From NCBI GenBank assembly GCA_965645245.1, contig OZ287080.1, positions 496,001 to 560,000 on the forward strand: a DNA stretch of 64,000 bases, given 5' to 3'. The stretch comes from Massalongia carnosa (lineage: Eukaryota). Shown here piece after piece: positions 60,400 to 64,000 of this stretch (positions are counted from its first letter, which is position 1; the number at the start of each line of letters is the position of its first letter). The position numbers and the translations under genes are program-made. Under the pieces are notes generated by a model, which saw only the letters and a program-made list of their open reading frames with translations, was not told the DNA's origin and ran no database searches.

Positions 60400-63100
60400 A
60401 GGATGATCTCTATCTACATATACTAAGAATCGCAACCAATCGGCTGTCGTTCACGCACCATCAATCCGTCTCTCTCTCTCTGTGTGTGCCGGATCCATTC
60501 TATGGGCATTTAAATACCGGTAGAGTTGTGTCTTCTCTGCTGATTTCTTTTCCCTTTTCTTTTGTGCTCGCTTTTATTCTTTCTGGTTCATGCGTGCGTG
60601 CGTGCGTGCGTGCGTATGAAAGCTGTAGGTAGATATTTATATGGCCAATTGAGACAGCAAAAGACTTCTCTTCTTCCCTGTTCCCTTTTCTTGTCCCTCC
60701 CTCCCTTTCTCTCTCTCTCTCTCACTCACACACACACATACATTCTCTTCTCTCTCTTTCCTTTCTCTCCTCCATCCATCTCCCACATTCATCTCCCCCT
60801 CCCACCTATCTTCCCTCCCCTCTCCCTCCCACCCTTCTTAAACGCCAATTTCCCCCCTAAAACAAAAGCTGAGTAGCAAACTAAAAAAAAACCAAAAAGT
60901 GAAAACACAAGTTATATCCCGGCAGATCGGGGAATGAACGGGGAGCGAGAGTTAATGGGGAGGGAGTAGGTGGATGGATAATTAGGACCGGTGAGTGATG
61001 AATAAGTAGATTGAATGAGTGGGTGAGTGGGCGAGTCGATGGAAGAGGGAGGAAGAGGGAGAGGAGGAGGGAGATAGATACACTGATTGTAATGAAGAAG
61101 AAGAAGGAGAAAAGGAGGGAAAGAAAGAAGAAAGATTGAAGGAGTGAGGGGAAAATCTGACTGGGACAACGGCTTGGGAAAAGAGTAGGATAAGTTAATA
61201 TGGATGGATAAATAGATACGGCTTAATGAACGATGAATGAGGTTCAAGATTGAACAGAATAGATAGTGTGAACTGAACGGGGCAGGATGTACATAAATGG
61301 AGAAAGATGTAATAACCAAAATAAAAACAAAAACGAGATATCTAGATTATGAAACATAGGCGAGGGCAGGTAGTTAGGGGAATGTTGAACGGGGGGTTGA
61401 TTGATGGGCGCTGGTAGGTACTGTACTGTATAGTAAATGGATAAATAAGTATATGGATAGGATCAAAGCAAATAAATGAATAACCGAGAAAACAAAAACA
61501 GGTAACCCGCATTGCCTAAGATGGGTATGTTTTTGGCGGGTGGAGTAGAGTAGAGTGGTTTTTGCGTATAGGGGTGGGATGGCGTAAAGAAAAGGTTGGT
61601 AGGATAGACTTAGGGTATTTTGATTGTTGGATGCTTATGTGACTAATGTCCATTGTGGGTAGGTGGGTGGTTAGCCTTTTGTTGGGGTATTTGGGAAAAT
61701 TTGGGGGGGAGGGAATATAGATGAATAGGGAGGGAGAGGGGTAGGTGGGACTTCTTCTAGATAGGTATGACAGCTATGGCAGCTATTCGAACAGATATTT
61801 ACAAACTTGTATCTAGCCAGATAAAAAAACAACAGTTCTATTATCCCATGTGCCTGGACAGACAAAGACATAAATGAGCGGAGCAGACTTGCAGCCATCC
61901 GATTGATTTGTCACAAGTGGCCGAGCCTGTTTAATTTTCCTTCCTTCTGCTTCTCCTCGAATTAGGTAGAAGATAGAGAAAAAAGGATTCATGAATGAAC
62001 GGTGTTTGTGATAGGAACGAGGAGGGGAAAAAAACGAAAGGGATATTTCTCCCGGCGGTGGAAGGGGAGGGGGGACGGAATGGGATGACATGATGAGCAG
62101 GAACTGGTTGGTTGGACGGGGAGGAGGAGATAGGTAAACCCCCATTTTTATGTCGGAAAAATCGCTCGCTTGTGGGTTGAGGATTGGAAATGGAACAGAG
62201 GAAGAGAAGAAAGAGAAGGGAAGAAATCCCCATGTTAACTAGGCAATTACCTACCTACCTGAAATATAACCTACCTTTCTCGACTTTATCGTGTCTCATG
62301 TTTGTCAGGTATCGTTCAGCTTCTAGAACGAGATCAAATATATTGCTACTTTTGGATCTGGGTTTCCCCTCTATATCTCATTTCCCGTCGAAATCGCTCG
62401 GAAGAGGGGGGAAAAGGGGTTGTTTGTCGTGATTGGCTCTGCGGGTGCGCTTCTGAGAGCTGTGGATATTTGATTGTAGGGTTTCATTTCTCGAGTATAT
62501 ATAGTCAAGATGGACAAGCTAGATTTCCTGTACGATGAGGAGGAGGATGGTGATGATGGTGAAGGAATAGCTGGATAAGAGAAGCAATTCGTAGCGAACC
62601 ACAGGTAGTTTGTTTGGAAGTGTAAAAAAATCGACATTGCAGACCTTATGGCGGACTGAATGGCTGTCTATTTCTGTTAGAATATATATCGGATTGTTCC
62701 GAACACTGTTGATGTGGGTACATATCCCTTATCTAGATATGTGGGGTTCACGTTTGAAAGCCGAAGAGTTCCGATTCTATTTTTGATTGTTCTTTCTCTT
62801 CATACATAATTTCTCCTATCTTTTACCTCTCTGCCTCCGCGCTCTCTTGACTTACCTCCCTCTCTCCCTACCACAATTCCTAGTTTTGAGCCCAAAGGAG
62901 ACCTAAAAAGATCAAAGAAACAGGGATCCCATACTGGAATTGGACAACTAGTGGGGCTTACCAGGTCGAGAGCAGAGGAGAAAGTAGAGAGGTAAGATAC
63001 AAAGGGATGAGAATATTAGAGTCGGTGTTTGTGGGGTTTAAAATAGACTATTGTTTTGTTGCCGAACTTGTCTCTTCTCCACTTCCCAACATCAAAGAAT
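60400..63100. repeat. Low-complexity, microsatellite-rich intergenic desert
   Basis: (GCGT)n, (CT)n, (CA)n and long purine or pyrimidine tracts; no recognisable coding signal. Confidence 0.7.
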
Positions 63101-63776
63101 ATGAAACTCGATTTTAGTTCCTTCAAATTAGGGTTGAAATGCTAGGTGCCCCCTTAAAACTTCAGTGTTGTAACAATATCAGCGGCTGTTTTGCAGTTTC
63201 AAAATAGGGGCTTGAACCCTGCAGACGTCAAGTTACGAAGACGAAGCTGTTGTGGTGCAGCAGCGTCCATTTGCTATCCTGTAAAAGAGAGAATACCAAT
63301 CTGTGTTCGGTATTATCCCAAAAAGGAGTAGACTGCTAGTGCTTGAAAAGCCTATGTGGCCGAAGAGAAAAGGTGTAGGTATCCTTGGAACGGGCAGAGA
63401 AGTCGGGAAGGTTCTCGAAACTCTGTCTGGTTGAGAGAAAGGATTCTTCGTATAAGTGAAAACGAACATTTTAAAGAAGGCCAAATAATAATTATGAGTC
63501 ACCAAAACTAATCGAAAGGAAGTGGAAGTCTCTTGTTAATGATCAAGTGATTAATATGACTTACATAGCTCGGGCTTTTCTTAATTTAGGTTTCGCACCT
63601 GTTGAACAAAAAATCAACCAGGCATACGGCAGCGGGATGCAGGAGAAGAGGGTCTAGGGCTATCAAGGATAGGCAAAGAGAAGTGCTTGGCAAACGTGAT
63701 GCAGGTACTCCGTATTTCCAGTGAAGATACTCCAAATTTAGCTATCTGCTGCACTGAATTCTGAACGACTGAATAG

Positions 63777-64000
63777 CTAAATTACATGAGGAATCATCGT
63801 CTCTTTATACTGCTTGAGGGCCTCCATCTCGGCCTATATCAAATGCATGAACCTGCTTCCTTTGAACCTTTTCAGCTGGGCAAAATACACCTTATTGCTG
63901 ACCGGAGACACCGAGACACTCAGTGATCATGAACAGCTGAATTGCCTCCGAAATGTAGCATTTTTGCTGCATACCTTTGCCTCCTCGTAGTTGCCGAAGT
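63777..64000 (-). CDS. Probable 3' end of an unidentified gene entering from beyond the window
   Basis: FGNYEEAK, GTATGC donor at 63974, TAG acceptor at 63834, then last exon AEMEALKQYKETMIPHVI-stop (63833-63777). Confidence 0.4.

Overview
Intron-rich filamentous ascomycete (Pezizomycotina) genomic DNA; taxonomy is inferred from gene content and intron signals. Conserved housekeeping genes: Vps3/CNH-like (partial), COY1/CASP, Mn-type CDF transporter, OSH1/2-like oxysterol-binding protein, ATP12, PAN3, a UBX/UAS protein and glutamate decarboxylase. Accessory genes: DUF3455-like secreted protein, intradiol dioxygenase, two small Cys-rich secreted proteins, a Cys-rich single-pass membrane protein, an AA9 LPMO and a laccase. 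Decayed material: FunK1 kinase and P450 pseudogenes, a 600-bp MULE-like TIR element, a 5'-truncated LINE, a Gypsy integrase fragment, a Fot1/pogo transposon, several tRNA-like relics, a perfect 15x18-bp minisatellite and long microsatellite-rich intergenic deserts. I see no clear new multi-gene system. The best leads are the AA9 with a His-to-Met change in its second-sphere motif, the two orphan Cys-rich secreted proteins, the minisatellite inside a probable dead gene, and the compositional polarity of genes next to the low-complexity deserts. Gene models were spliced by eye and family calls come from recognised motifs, not database searches.
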